Part shown: positions 32,421 through 43,201 of the stretch, one piece after another
How positions within the stretch are numbered: the first letter of the stretch is position 1
How the letters are laid out: each line of letters opens with the position of its first letter
DNA from: an uncultured Eubacterium sp.
GTDB taxonomy: Bacteria; Bacillota; Clostridia; Peptostreptococcales; Anaerovoracaceae
DNA length: 64,000 nt
Reading direction: 5' to 3'
Assembly (NCBI GenBank): GCA_902495595.1
Contig: CABUXV010000006.1
Coordinates: forward strand, 21,566 to 85,565
Notes under the pieces: model-generated
The model's input: only the letters and a program-made list of their open reading frames with translations
Told to the model about the DNA's origin: nothing
The model's database searches: none
Position numbers and translations under genes: made by a program

Positions 32421-33109
32421 AAAGCTCCTGTCATAATTATCCTTCCCGCCGCGGTTTCATAAAGCGGAGAGATATAAGAATAAGAGAAAATATTCATCAT
32501 CAAAAGCATAATTACAGGCATCGCCGATATTATTCTTCCTTCAGTTTTTTTCTGGGATGTGATGACCTTTATCTCTCTGTCTATACTCATCTTGTCAGTT
32601 AGTATTTCTGTCGTATGCCTTATTATCTTTTCTAAATCCCCGCCCATATTCCTGCATGTTATATACACTTGTACGAAATTATCTATATCTTCACTTTTAC
32701 TTCTGAAAGCAAAATCTTTAAGCAGCAGTTTATCGCTTTCTTTATTTTCAACTATATTTATTTTCATATATCTCAGCTCCATCATTATAGGTTCCTCATC
32801 TCCGTACATGACAGAAAGATTTTCTTCTGCTTCAATTATTGCTTCTTCCATCTGTCTTCCGGCTGCTATGGACGCTGACAGTGAATATAACATATCTTTG
32901 AACTGTATATTAATTAAATTCATCCTTTTCACTGCTAAATACTTTTTCACATAAGGAATAAAAAAGCAAACCAATACCCCTGATATAATTGATAACCACA
33001 AACTATGGTAAAAAAGATAAACAACTGTAAATATACATATATATCCCACCGAATAGAAAAGTAATTTCTCTTTGCCGGACAAATCATAAACAGAATAATC
33101 CTTTATCAT
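32363..33109 (-). CDS. tadB: TadB-like (GspF-family) pilus assembly membrane protein.
   Basis: 248 aa. Overlaps the end of cpaF (ATGA). Confidence 0.65.
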   Translation of the reverse strand: MIKDYSVYDLSGKEKLLFYSVGYICIFTVVYLFYHSLWLSIISGVLVCFFIPYVKKYLAVKRMNLINIQFKDMLYSLSASIAAGRQMEEAIIEAEENLSVMYGDEEPIMMELRYMKINIVENKESDKLLLKDFAFRSKSEDIDNFVQVYITCRNMGGDLEKIIRHTTEILTDKMSIDREIKVITSQKKTEGRIISAMPVIMLLMMNIFSYSYISPLYETAAGRIIMTGALCLMIWGIYLMEKFSEIEI

Positions 33110-34422
33110 AATTCATACCCCGACATAAACAATTTCTCTTTATAAACCAAATCATTTCCTGTCTTTTTAAGACATCCCTCTGTACCTTCTTCATCAGCAT
33201 AGTATCTGAATAAGCTGTTTGTTCCGATATTATCACCTTCAGCCGTCTTTAATTCTGAAATTTCCATTACTTTCCGGCTGCCGTCTTTCAATCTGCTCAT
33301 ATGTATCATTATATCTATACCTTCGGTTATCTGGCCTCTTATTGATTCCACCGGAAAATCAGCAGCTTGCAGAAACATAGCTTCAAGCCTTTTAAGCATA
33401 CCTTTTATACTGTTGGCATGACCCGTGCTAAGACTCCCGCTGTGTCCTGTATTGAGAGCCTGTATCATATCCATCACCTCCTTTCCTCTTACTTCACCAA
33501 TTAAAATTCGATCAGGCCGCATTCGAAGACTTGCCTTTACAAGCTGTGACATATCAACTTCTCCTTTTCCCTGTACATTAGCATTCCTGCACTCCAGTCT
33601 TACAATATTTTCGATATGCTCAATCTGAAGTTCGGCTGAATCTTCAATAACAACAACCCTTTCACATGAAGGAACAAACTGACACAATACATTCAGCATA
33701 GTTGTTTTGCCTGAAGAAGTTCCTCCGCAGATAAAGCAGTTATATCCTGCTTTGACAAGAACATTCAGATATTCTGCAGCCTCCCTTGTTATAGTGGATT
33801 TTTCAATAAGATTTTCCATATTCATAACCTTTTCAGGAAACTTTCTTATAGTCAGAATCGGCCCGTTTAAAGCAATATTCTTATACACCGCATTTACTCT
33901 GGAACCGTCTGTCAGCCTTGCATCCACTATAGGATTCAGTTCGTTTATTTCCCTGTGTACTTTAGCTGCTATTCTTCTTATCAGTTCCTCCAGCTCTTCT
34001 GTAGAATCAAAGTGTACGGGCAGCCTTTTAAGCTTACCGTTTTTTTCGGCAAACACATCATCCTTTCCGTTTATCATAATTTCAGAAATACTCTTATCAT
34101 CCAAATATGGCTGCAATATATCCATTTCTTTTCTCAAGGAAAAGAAAAGTCTTTTTATCAGCATTTCATTTTGCCTGTAACTGCACCCATGAGATTTGGA
34201 AAGTCCAAAAACAAAATCTTCTATAATCTTTAAGGCCGTTTTATCATCTACGGTTTTATCGCTATCGGTAATCATCAGTCTTACAGAAGAAATATATTCC
34301 TTTATTTCCTCCGGCGTATACGGCGATTCTTCTTTTCTGCCAATTATATTATTCTTTTCCATTTTTACCATTTTTTTCCTTTCAACAACATAATACACCA
34401 AATGGAATAAATTTACAAGCAA
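33106..34422 (-). CDS. cpaF: CpaF/TadA secretion ATPase.
   Basis: Walker A is FICGGTSSGKTTMLN; His-box/Asp-box features of the VirB11/CpaF family. Confidence 0.9.
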   Translation of the reverse strand: MLVNLFHLVYYVVERKKMVKMEKNNIIGRKEESPYTPEEIKEYISSVRLMITDSDKTVDDKTALKIIEDFVFGLSKSHGCSYRQNEMLIKRLFFSLRKEMDILQPYLDDKSISEIMINGKDDVFAEKNGKLKRLPVHFDSTEELEELIRRIAAKVHREINELNPIVDARLTDGSRVNAVYKNIALNGPILTIRKFPEKVMNMENLIEKSTITREAAEYLNVLVKAGYNCFICGGTSSGKTTMLNVLCQFVPSCERVVVIEDSAELQIEHIENIVRLECRNANVQGKGEVDMSQLVKASLRMRPDRILIGEVRGKEVMDMIQALNTGHSGSLSTGHANSIKGMLKRLEAMFLQAADFPVESIRGQITEGIDIMIHMSRLKDGSRKVMEISELKTAEGDNIGTNSLFRYYADEEGTEGCLKKTGNDLVYKEKLFMSGYEL

Positions 34423-34446
34423 TTTTGTAAATTTTTTACAAAAAAA

Positions 34447-34471
34447 AGAAACCTGAATAATTCAGGCTTCT
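34447..34471 (-). terminator. Hairpin AGAAACCTGAA-taa-TTCAGGCTTCT with flanking A and T runs.
   Basis: Sits downstream of the M81 peptidase gene. Confidence 0.45.
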
Positions 34472-34494
34472 AAAAAAGTATTTTTTAAGCTATT

Positions 34495-36015
34495 CTATCT
34501 CCATATTTTTGATGCTTCCAAACGATAATTATCAGGTAAATCAAAGGGATAAAATCCTGACGGCAAGTTTTTCCATTTAAAATATTTGAGATTTGACGCA
34601 CCTGCTCCCGGTGTGTCCGCATAACAGAATTCCCCGGCAAATTCACTGTACGGAACTTTAAAAGATGCATTAGCCTTAACTACAATCAAATCATACAACT
34701 TAGGTTCAATGCCAAAATGCCTTAAAATCTGAGGGTCCCCTGATGCCGCCGGTTCTTCACAAACCATTATATCAATATTTCCAAATGAAATAACAGCCGA
34801 CATGCCTATATTGCACGGAAAGCCTTTTCCTGCCGGACCTTCCTGTACGAAAACCCCATCATGAAGAGAACGAACTCGACCTACCGCTTTTAACGGACCA
34901 GGCATTCCGGGAGTAAATTTAGCGCCTACGGAAAACTCCGCTGAATTTCCTACACCTACTTCATATGCTCTTTTAGCTGCCTGAGGATCTTTAACAAACA
35001 TACCGGCAGAAATTTTAGAACCCCTTTCAAGAAGTCTCATTGCAGGAAGCACGCTGTCACCCACAGCTCCTCCATTTGGAGAATCTGCCGGGTCAACCAA
35101 TATAATAGGTTTTCCCGTACCATTGTTCTCTGCGCGGTCGATAACTTCATCTACTGATAAAAGCTCCGGCCAGAAATCATTCCGGCTTTCATAGAGCCTT
35201 TTGGCCATTAAATCTGCACATCTTTTAGCTTTTTCCTCTTCCTCTGCTATAGCAATAATTGTCGAACCTATATTTTTCACATCCAGCCAAGGCTGCACCT
35301 GAAGAACTGTAAAATCAAGAAGTGTACCATCTTTAACCAATCTTTTTCCTTCGTCTATTATATCTTTAAAAATTCCTTCAAGAGATGTATATCCCGTAGG
35401 AGGCACCATCATCGGAATTGTCACCGCTGCCATAATCGTCGGAGTCCCCTGCAGCTTATTCATACAGAGTTCAGCCGCCCGATAACCTGTTTCATAAAAA
35501 TCCACGTGAGGATATGACTGATATCCGCAGATTATATCCGCAGATTTCAAAATCTTTTCTGTCACGTTTGCGTGCAGGTCGCAAGACACGGCAATCTGTT
35601 TATCTTCCCCGATTAAATTCCTTAAAAACTCAAGAAATACTCCGCAGGCATCCTCATGTTCTACAGTGCATGTCGCTCCATGCAGTGATACGCAGACAGC
35701 ATCAAAATCTCCCGCTGATTCAACATAATATTTCATTCTGTCGCAGAGAAGTTCAAAAACGCTGTCATCAACAATCCCTCCAGATGGTCCGTAAAGAGAA
35801 ATTGTTGGTATAACCATTCCTCCGCCTTGTTCCACCCCATCTATCATACCGTGAAATGCGCAGGGAATTTTCCTGCACAGATTATAAGCATCCTGTCCCT
35901 CTGCGTATCTCACAACTTCAAATCCCTCAACCGACATTATGACAGGATTAAAAGTATTCGTTTCTTCATGAAATTCACAAATCAGTACTTTTTTTTCAGT
36001 CTTTTCATCCATCAC
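34495..36015 (-). CDS. M81 family metallopeptidase (MlrC-like).
   Basis: 506 aa, MMDEKTEKKVLICEFHEETNTFNPV..., the N-terminal signature of the DUF1485/MlrC family. Confidence 0.65.
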   Translation of the reverse strand: MMDEKTEKKVLICEFHEETNTFNPVIMSVEGFEVVRYAEGQDAYNLCRKIPCAFHGMIDGVEQGGGMVIPTISLYGPSGGIVDDSVFELLCDRMKYYVESAGDFDAVCVSLHGATCTVEHEDACGVFLEFLRNLIGEDKQIAVSCDLHANVTEKILKSADIICGYQSYPHVDFYETGYRAAELCMNKLQGTPTIMAAVTIPMMVPPTGYTSLEGIFKDIIDEGKRLVKDGTLLDFTVLQVQPWLDVKNIGSTIIAIAEEEEKAKRCADLMAKRLYESRNDFWPELLSVDEVIDRAENNGTGKPIILVDPADSPNGGAVGDSVLPAMRLLERGSKISAGMFVKDPQAAKRAYEVGVGNSAEFSVGAKFTPGMPGPLKAVGRVRSLHDGVFVQEGPAGKGFPCNIGMSAVISFGNIDIMVCEEPAASGDPQILRHFGIEPKLYDLIVVKANASFKVPYSEFAGEFCYADTPGAGASNLKYFKWKNLPSGFYPFDLPDNYRLEASKIWR

Positions 36016-36090
36016 ACATCATTCCTTTCAGCATTGAACGTCAACCGCCCGCCGAACAAAAACAACAAGTCCGGCGAGCTGTTTCAATAA

Positions 36091-37584
36091 TCAATATTTG
36101 CCGTTCAGTTCATCGTATAACCCACTGAGTGCAGGATACAGCTTTGTATATACATTAAATAACTTTTCATATGTTTTGGCATATTCACTTCGCGGATTAA
36201 AAGTTTTGCTTATTTTCACCGCTTCATATACAGCATCATAATTCTCTATTTTTCCGAGCCCCACCATCGCGCAGTAATAAGCACCCATCGCGCCTGTATA
36301 GCGCGGACTCTCGGGTATCTCAATCTTAACCTGCAGTATATCTGCCATCATCTGCATCCAAACATCGCTTACAGCTCCGCCTCCTACTACCCTTACCGAA
36401 GATAGTTTCAAACCGTTCTTTTCTTCATAACGCTTCATATAATTTCTATGGGTATAGCATACGCTTTCCATTATAGCCCTAACCATGTGCCTTCTGTCAT
36501 GAGCCGATGTAATATTAAGAAACAATCCTTTCGCATTTTTAGCAAGAGGCGGCAATTCCCCCGTAAGCCAGTGAGTTGCAAGAAGTCCTTCACTTCCGGG
36601 TTCAATTTCCTCTACCTGCCTGTTTACAAAATCAAAAACGTCATCACCAAGCAGCTTCCTTTCGCCGTTATAAAATTGTTCAAGAGCCCAGTCAAAAGCC
36701 ATACATCCCGTCTGGAGCGAGAACATCGCACCTTCGTAATTCTTGTCAAAAGTAAACCACTGAGGAGAATAGTTTTCTATTCTTTCTCTTGCCATTTGAA
36801 CAAGCCATGAAGATGTTCCCATATAAATATGTACCATATTTTCACCGCAGCATCCTGTCCCCACAGTTATTGCCGGCAAATCTCCAAACCCGCCAAACAC
36901 AGAAATTCCAGGCAAAAGCCCGAGTTCTCCTGCTGAATTCTCATTAAGCTTACCCGCCTCAGAAGTTGCATCCTGAATTTCCGGAAATTTATCGATGTCT
37001 TCATCAAGACCTGAAGCTTTTAAAATTTTATCATAATATTCCTGCATGTCAGGATTATACGAATGAATAAAATCATCAGATGGCTCCGTCACAAATGCTC
37101 CCGTAGATTTCCACTTCAAATATGTGTTAAGCCCCATAATCCTGTTTGTTTTAGCCCAGATTTCCGGTTCATTTTCTTTAAGCCACATCAGTCTCGGCCA
37201 ATATTCCTGACCTGTTCCTACGAAAAAACCAGCTTCATTATTCAATCTCTCAGCTTGCTGTGCGGCTCTGGCATCCATCCATATTATGCTGTTATATAAT
37301 ATCTTGCCTTTATTATCCACAGGAATGATATTCTTCCAATGAGCTACAAATACGAGACCTATAACACTTTTAGGTTCTATTTCATTGTTTTTTACGACCT
37401 CTTTTGTAGTCAGGCAAATATTCTCCCATATCATATCCGGATTTAATTCAGCCCACCCCGGTTCTTTCTGAACTAAAGGATTACTTGCCCTTGAGTCTCC
37501 TATAACAGTTCCGTCCGTCCTTATCAATACAGTTTTTAATGCGGTGGTGCCGCAATCGTAAGCAATAATATATTCTTTTTTCAT
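36091..37584 (-). CDS. FGGY-family carbohydrate kinase. Start placed at the ATG at 37582-37584.
   Basis: MKKEYIIAYDCGTTALKTVLI...; AAGGTGAG RBS. The ORF-track extension to 37662 is unlikely. Confidence 0.85.
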   Translation of the reverse strand: MKKEYIIAYDCGTTALKTVLIRTDGTVIGDSRASNPLVQKEPGWAELNPDMIWENICLTTKEVVKNNEIEPKSVIGLVFVAHWKNIIPVDNKGKILYNSIIWMDARAAQQAERLNNEAGFFVGTGQEYWPRLMWLKENEPEIWAKTNRIMGLNTYLKWKSTGAFVTEPSDDFIHSYNPDMQEYYDKILKASGLDEDIDKFPEIQDATSEAGKLNENSAGELGLLPGISVFGGFGDLPAITVGTGCCGENMVHIYMGTSSWLVQMARERIENYSPQWFTFDKNYEGAMFSLQTGCMAFDWALEQFYNGERKLLGDDVFDFVNRQVEEIEPGSEGLLATHWLTGELPPLAKNAKGLFLNITSAHDRRHMVRAIMESVCYTHRNYMKRYEEKNGLKLSSVRVVGGGAVSDVWMQMMADILQVKIEIPESPRYTGAMGAYYCAMVGLGKIENYDAVYEAVKISKTFNPRSEYAKTYEKLFNVYTKLYPALSGLYDELNGKY

Positions 37585-37612
37585 AATACTCACCTTTTTC
37601 TTACGGAAACAT

Positions 37613-38824
37613 TTACGCTCTCTTATACTTTGACAAATACATATTGATGAACATCGCCACAAGACATGGAGCCGCTGTCACATACCAACCTATGGTCCAG
37701 CTCGTCTGCGCCGCCAGCCAAGGTACCAGGATAGGAGCAATTATTCCTCCGGCTCCCGCTACCAAAAGCACAAGACCTACTCCGGGACCTGAAGCCGCGC
37801 TTCCAAATAAGTCTGCCGGCAGCGACAGCCCCGGACCATTTGTTGCCGGTACGCCCCATCCTGCAATAAGCGATACAAGAAATGCCAAAAATATGTTTAC
37901 AGGTGCAAGATACGGCATAAGAATACATCCAACCAAGCCCACAAACAGCGCCGGCCAGATATTAGCCCATGTTCTTGCCTTTAACGCTCCGTACTTCGAT
38001 ACTCTTCTGTCCGATATCCATCCAACTAAAGGCGTTGATATTACAGCAATAAAGCCATTTAAAAATACAATTTTGGCAACATCGCCTGCGGAATAATCCA
38101 GCGTATATAAATATTCCGGCAAAAATGCATACATTCCTTAACAGTTAAAGAAACAGCAAAGAGTTGCAACACCTAAAAGCCACAAAGCAGGTTCCTTAAA
38201 CAGATTTTTATTATTATCTTCAGATATTTCCTTTTCTTTTTCCGCTTCTTCTTTAAGAGGCGGAGCAATCCTTACCATAACGTAGAATACTATAGCGCCT
38301 ATTACAGATACTGCCGTTATAATCCAGAAAGTATTTCTCCAGCCCATTACAGGAGTCAATACTCCTCCTATGTATCCTCCAAAGGCCGAACCAAGACCTA
38401 TTGCTCCAAGCAATATACCTAAAGCAAGACCACGTTCCTTTGTCGGAAACCATGAACTTACCACATGGCTCGTAAGCCCTACCATGCACCCGCATCCTTG
38501 AATAAATCTCAATGCAAGTATTATATAATAATTATTTACAACGGGAATCAAAACAGATGCAACAATGAATGCGATAATAACAACAGTAAATACTTTTCTC
38601 CAGCCAAACCTGCCTATCAGTTTGCCTTCAATAAATCCACCTATAACATATCCTGCTATAAGCATAGAAGCGCCCGCCTGAATAAGCGGTGTAGACAAAT
38701 CAAAGGTTTCTGCAAGTTCGTTAACCGCTACAGACCAAGATGTCAGCGACATATACACTATTGTAAGCATAAGCGTACATCCAATCAGAGCAGAATATTT
38801 ACCTTTTACAGAACTATTTTCCAT
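37613..38824 (-). pseudogene. MFS transporter interrupted by a single in-frame TAA (38138-38140) inside TM7.
   Basis: ...ALWLLGVATLCCFFNC*GMYAFLPEYLYTLDYS... The two ORFs (228 aa and 173 aa) are in the same frame and together form a 12-TM MFS protein. Confidence 0.6.
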
Positions 38825-38928
38825 ATCTTACCTCCTTGCTCTTTTGTGAAGTTTTCGTTTATTAAGCAGCTACTTTTATTGCAATTATATGGATTTTTGT
38901 GTATATTGTCAATCTTTTTATCACATAA

Positions 38929-38940
38929 TCGCAATTAATT
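38929..38940. promoter_or_regulatory. Perfect 12-bp palindrome GCAATTAATTGC in the divergent MFS/deoR promoter region. A TTGCAATTAT half-site lies about 45 bp upstream.
   Basis: Seen in sequence; I suggest it is a candidate DeoR operator. Confidence 0.35.
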
Positions 38941-39086
38941 GCAATATATTACATATTCCTTACCGTAGTTTTGATAAGATAAATAAGGATATTTCAAAAA
39001 TATGCTGTGTGTTTTTCACATTTTTATGATATTCTTGTATAAAAGCCTGATATGGCTCAAATTATCTTTAAAGGAGAGTAAAAACA

Positions 39087-39884
39087 ATGCTTGCAAAAGA
39101 ACGCCAAAATAGAATATTATCTATCATTCAGGCAAACAATTCGATTCGTATCTCCGATATAATCAAAGATTTTCGTGTATCTCACGAAACGGCAAGAAGA
39201 GATTTGGATACACTGCAGGACCAGAACCTGATAACACGTGTACACGGAGGAGCTGTTCTTTCCGAAAAAAACAGTTTATCCCAAATACCGGTAACTGAAA
39301 CTCACCCAACTTCCAGCATGGCAGAAAGGATTGCCATAGGAAAGTCTGCGGCATCGCTTATCAAAGAAGGTGAAACTGTATTTTTATCCGTGGGCCTTAC
39401 TGTTCAGCAAGTTGCAAAAGCACTCCGAAAACGAAAGAATATAACAGTTCTTACAAACTCGGTTCTTGTTTTAAACGAACTGCTCAATTCCGATGTACAG
39501 CTTTATATACTCGGGGGAGCTGTTAATAATTCCGAAAATAATATTGAAGGTTCTCTCGCGCTGCAAACACTGCTTAATTTCTATGTAGACATAGCTTTTA
39601 TCGGCGCAGGAGGAATTTCTCAAGACCTGGGTATCTCTGACTACAGCCTCGAAGTAGCAAAGCTCAATGAAAATATAATAAGACATTCAAAAAAATCTGT
39701 ACTGGTGGCTCATTCAAAAAAATTCGGAACTAATTGCTTAAGCATAACATGTCCTTTAAGCAGTATTGATACAATTATCACAGATACGAATTTACCCGTT
39801 CAGGATAAGAATTATTTAACTGAATGCGGTACAGAAGTCATCTTGGTAAACGGCAGGCAATCTGCGCCATCTATTTTAAAATAA
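39087..39884 (+). CDS. DeoR/GlpR-family transcriptional regulator.
   Basis: N-terminal HTH (ISDIIKDFRVSHETARRDLDTL) with a sugar-phosphate-binding C-terminal domain. Confidence 0.85.
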   Translation: MLAKERQNRILSIIQANNSIRISDIIKDFRVSHETARRDLDTLQDQNLITRVHGGAVLSEKNSLSQIPVTETHPTSSMAERIAIGKSAASLIKEGETVFLSVGLTVQQVAKALRKRKNITVLTNSVLVLNELLNSDVQLYILGGAVNNSENNIEGSLALQTLLNFYVDIAFIGAGGISQDLGISDYSLEVAKLNENIIRHSKKSVLVAHSKKFGTNCLSITCPLSSIDTIITDTNLPVQDKNYLTECGTEVILVNGRQSAPSILK

Positions 39885-39914
39885 AGAGAGAGAAACCAAT
39901 GGTTTCTCTCTCTT
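39884..39914. terminator. Perfect 13-14-bp hairpin AAGAGAGAGAAACC-aat-GGTTTCTCTCTCTT.
   Basis: Lies between the convergent deoR and MFS genes. Confidence 0.6.
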
Positions 39915-39980
39915 AAAATGTAATTTTCACAAATATAACACTGCATCCATGTTCTATTTAAAGTGTAAATTCCATTTATT

Positions 39981-41201
39981 TCATTTCTTACTATCAGCGC
40001 ATTTATTTAAAAAATACCAGACAATTCCTCCGCAAAAAGCCAGCACCATAATCATTACGAAAGTACTGCTGTAGCTGCCATTTGATTTTTCTATCAATAG
40101 ACTTGAAACCATTGGACCTATAACAGCTGCCGGAATCAATGAAAATGTTGCAAGGCTGAAATTGGCAGGAAAAAATTTTGAACCGAATTCACTGTGAACA
40201 AAAGCTGATGTTATCGCCGGAACACCGCCGTATCCAATGCCTGTCACAAATAATCCTATGAGAATCAGCCATACATGATTTGTAAAGTCACCTGATATCA
40301 GCAATGCTCCTGCTGTAAAAACAAACACTGTATCCAGTAAAAGGGTGATCTTTCTCCTGTATTTATCAAATGCTCCTCCCAAAATGACTCTTCCCGCACC
40401 ATTAAAGACTGAAACAAAAAGTCCAAATAAAGTAGGCGCACCGTAAACAAAGGCTATATTGGCAGCGCTGTTAATAACAAGCAGCCCTGCAGAATTCAAT
40501 AATACAGACCATAATATGAACAGCCAAAACCGTGAATCTCTCAGCATTTCACCGGTTTTCAAATTATTTCTGCCATCATATTCTCTATCGCTTTCTTGAA
40601 CAATTTCTTCCGATGCTTTCATAAAAAACGAACCGGCAACGAGTATAATAACCGCAGCCACAGATAGAATCCTGAATGCAGTGAACAAACCCACATTGTC
40701 TATAAGTATGCTGACCAGTCCTCCGAACAGTAATCCTCCAAACCCGAATCCCATCAAAAGAATCCCCGATGAAAACCCCGCTTTATCAGAAAACCAGCTG
40801 TTCACAGTGCTTATAACACAATTATAACCAAGACCCACTCCACTTCCGCACATTATGCCATAGAATATGTAAAGCAATATTAACGCGACGTCATTTTCAA
40901 ATTTTCCAATAGCCGAAACTCCCAAAAATCCTGAAAACAGAAAAGCCGCCGATATACACATGACAAATGCCGGTTTAATTTTTTTAATTATCTGCCCGCT
41001 CGCAAATCCTCCAAGGCAAAAAAATATCATTGAAATGGTAAATGTCATAGATAATTGTGAAACGCTCCACGTTGGAAATACTTCTGTAAATGGAGCTTTA
41101 AAAATCGACCATGCGTAAATAAGTCCCAGAAGCAAAAGAAGCACAGTACCTATTATTAAATATATCCATCTAGTAATATGTGTCTTGCCCATCATCTTCA
41201 T
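39981..41201 (-). CDS. MFS transporter (oxalate/formate antiporter-like family).
   Basis: 406 aa, 12 transmembrane helices. Confidence 0.8.
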   Translation of the reverse strand: MKMMGKTHITRWIYLIIGTVLLLLLGLIYAWSIFKAPFTEVFPTWSVSQLSMTFTISMIFFCLGGFASGQIIKKIKPAFVMCISAAFLFSGFLGVSAIGKFENDVALILLYIFYGIMCGSGVGLGYNCVISTVNSWFSDKAGFSSGILLMGFGFGGLLFGGLVSILIDNVGLFTAFRILSVAAVIILVAGSFFMKASEEIVQESDREYDGRNNLKTGEMLRDSRFWLFILWSVLLNSAGLLVINSAANIAFVYGAPTLFGLFVSVFNGAGRVILGGAFDKYRRKITLLLDTVFVFTAGALLISGDFTNHVWLILIGLFVTGIGYGGVPAITSAFVHSEFGSKFFPANFSLATFSLIPAAVIGPMVSSLLIEKSNGSYSSTFVMIMVLAFCGGIVWYFLNKCADSKK

Positions 41202-42267
41202 TCTCCAAAATTTTTGCTTTTTCCTGCCCCTTTAACACCCTAAGCACGCCTTCAGCCAATGACTGCATCTCGTTTTCACCTGCAATAATGGTTACAGGAG
41301 CAATGAATTCGATATATTTAATAATTTCATCTGTAAATCTACCCGAATGAGCTAAACCGCCTGTAAAAACAATATGGTCAACCTTGCCTTTTACTCCGGG
41401 CACTATTTTGGCAATATTCTTAGCAACTGCCAGCGCCATTGCTTCGTACACAAGTTTTACTTCGGAATTTCCCTTATCTATCATACTTTCGACTTCACGC
41501 ATATCTGCTGTATCAAAATATGATATCATTCCACCTCTGCGCTGCAGCTGCTTCATTAAATCTTTTTGTGTATAATCACCGCTAAATGCCATTTTAACTA
41601 TTGAATAAGTCGGTATCCCCCCTGCTCTTTCAGGAGAAAAGGGACCTTCTTCATCCATAATAATATCAACTATACGTCCTTTGCTGTGAAGATTAATCGT
41701 TATTCCTCCGCCAAGATGTGCTACAACTATATTTACATCATTATAATTTATCCTGTTTTCATAACATAACTTTAACGCAGCCGCCCTTGTATTCAAATTA
41801 TGACCTCTCGCAGGTCTCCTTACCCCTTTAATCCCGCTTATCTTATTAACCGGCAGCATTTCATCAACTGTCAACGCATCATAAATATACGCATTTATGC
41901 CAACCTCTTCAGCAAGAGCTAAAGCAATGCCCGCGCCTACATTTGCAGCATGTTCATCAATAGGTCTGTATTTCAGGCATTCTACCATATAATCTGTTAC
42001 TACATATGCTCCTGATTTTACAGATGGCATATTTCCTCCTCTTGAAGCTATCGCATTAAATGAATCAAGTTTGTCACCATGAGATGCAATCAGTTTTCTT
42101 ATCAGTTCCGTTCTCATTTCCAGCTGGTCATAAACCAAATCAAACTGTTTTAAATCTTCCGCAAGGTGATTTATACTTTCCATCCACTTTTGAGTATTTC
42201 CTTCATACACAGCCACTTTGGTAGATGTCGATCCTGGATTTATCACTAATATTTTTTCTCTAATCAT
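41170..42267 (-). CDS. buk: Butyrate kinase.
   Basis: MIREKILVINPGSTSTKVAVYEG...; acetate/butyrate kinase family. Confidence 0.9.
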   Translation of the reverse strand: MIREKILVINPGSTSTKVAVYEGNTQKWMESINHLAEDLKQFDLVYDQLEMRTELIRKLIASHGDKLDSFNAIASRGGNMPSVKSGAYVVTDYMVECLKYRPIDEHAANVGAGIALALAEEVGINAYIYDALTVDEMLPVNKISGIKGVRRPARGHNLNTRAAALKLCYENRINYNDVNIVVAHLGGGITINLHSKGRIVDIIMDEEGPFSPERAGGIPTYSIVKMAFSGDYTQKDLMKQLQRRGGMISYFDTADMREVESMIDKGNSEVKLVYEAMALAVAKNIAKIVPGVKGKVDHIVFTGGLAHSGRFTDEIIKYIEFIAPVTIIAGENEMQSLAEGVLRVLKGQEKAKILENEDDGQDTYY

Positions 42268-42268
42268 C

Positions 42269-43186
42269 TTATTGTTCCTTTCCACTTACAAGACATGCCA
42301 GCATTAAGGAATTGAATTTTTCCTCGTAGGACGACCCTCTTGAAGTTAATATTATAGGACATTCAGCCCCCAGTACGAGCCCTGCCATCTTCGCACCTGC
42401 CATTTCAACCAAACTTTTTCCAAGAATATTTCCGGCATGAATATTAGGTACTACAAGAATATCAGCCTCCCCTGCGCATAAGCTTTCATATTTTTTGGTT
42501 CGGGCTCTTTCTTTTACGAGCGCTAGGTCAAGTGAAATCGGACCTTCTATACAGCATCCGTCTATTTCACCTGATTGATTCATTTCTTTAAGAGCAGCTG
42601 CATCAGTTGTTTCAACCATTTTCTCATTAATCTTTTCCGTTGCCGCAAGAACACCCACCATTGGATTTTCATAACCTAAGCGATGCAGCATGTTAACGGC
42701 ATTCTCTATAATATACTTTTTCTGATTTAATGTAGGATAAGGAAGCATTCCTCCATCAGTGGTAACAAGCAGTTTATGATATGATGGAATCTGGTTCACT
42801 GCAACATGAGACATAACAGCACCTGTGTATAATCCCTTTTCTTTGTCTACTACAGCTTTAAGCAGCTGCGAAGTTTCAAGAGAACCTTTCATGAGAAAAT
42901 CAGCCTCATTGCTCTTTATAAATTTAACTCCAAGCTGAGCAGCTTCTTCTTTTCCTTTTACATCATAAATCTTTATATCCTGCGTGAATTCAGCTTCAAG
43001 TTTATTTATTCCCTTTTTAATTTCCCGTTCATCACCGATAAGCACAGGCTGTATGAGCCCTTTTTCATACACGTTTAAAACAGCATGCAGCGCATGTATA
43101 TCTTCTGCTCCCACAAGGGCTACTTTCTTTCTAACCCCCGTATTTTCTACAGATTTCAAAATATCATCAAAATTCGTATATAACAT
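42269..43186 (-). CDS. ptb: Phosphate butyryltransferase.
   Basis: 305 aa, phosphate acyltransferase family. Confidence 0.85.
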   Translation of the reverse strand: MLYTNFDDILKSVENTGVRKKVALVGAEDIHALHAVLNVYEKGLIQPVLIGDEREIKKGINKLEAEFTQDIKIYDVKGKEEAAQLGVKFIKSNEADFLMKGSLETSQLLKAVVDKEKGLYTGAVMSHVAVNQIPSYHKLLVTTDGGMLPYPTLNQKKYIIENAVNMLHRLGYENPMVGVLAATEKINEKMVETTDAAALKEMNQSGEIDGCCIEGPISLDLALVKERARTKKYESLCAGEADILVVPNIHAGNILGKSLVEMAGAKMAGLVLGAECPIILTSRGSSYEEKFNSLMLACLVSGKEQ

Positions 43187-43201
43187 TTCATATCTCCTTT
43201 T

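Noticed and set aside
33707-34233. Plus-strand ORFs of 157 aa and 92 aa inside cpaF.
   Set aside because: Antisense to a highly conserved ATPase gene, so they are shadow ORFs.
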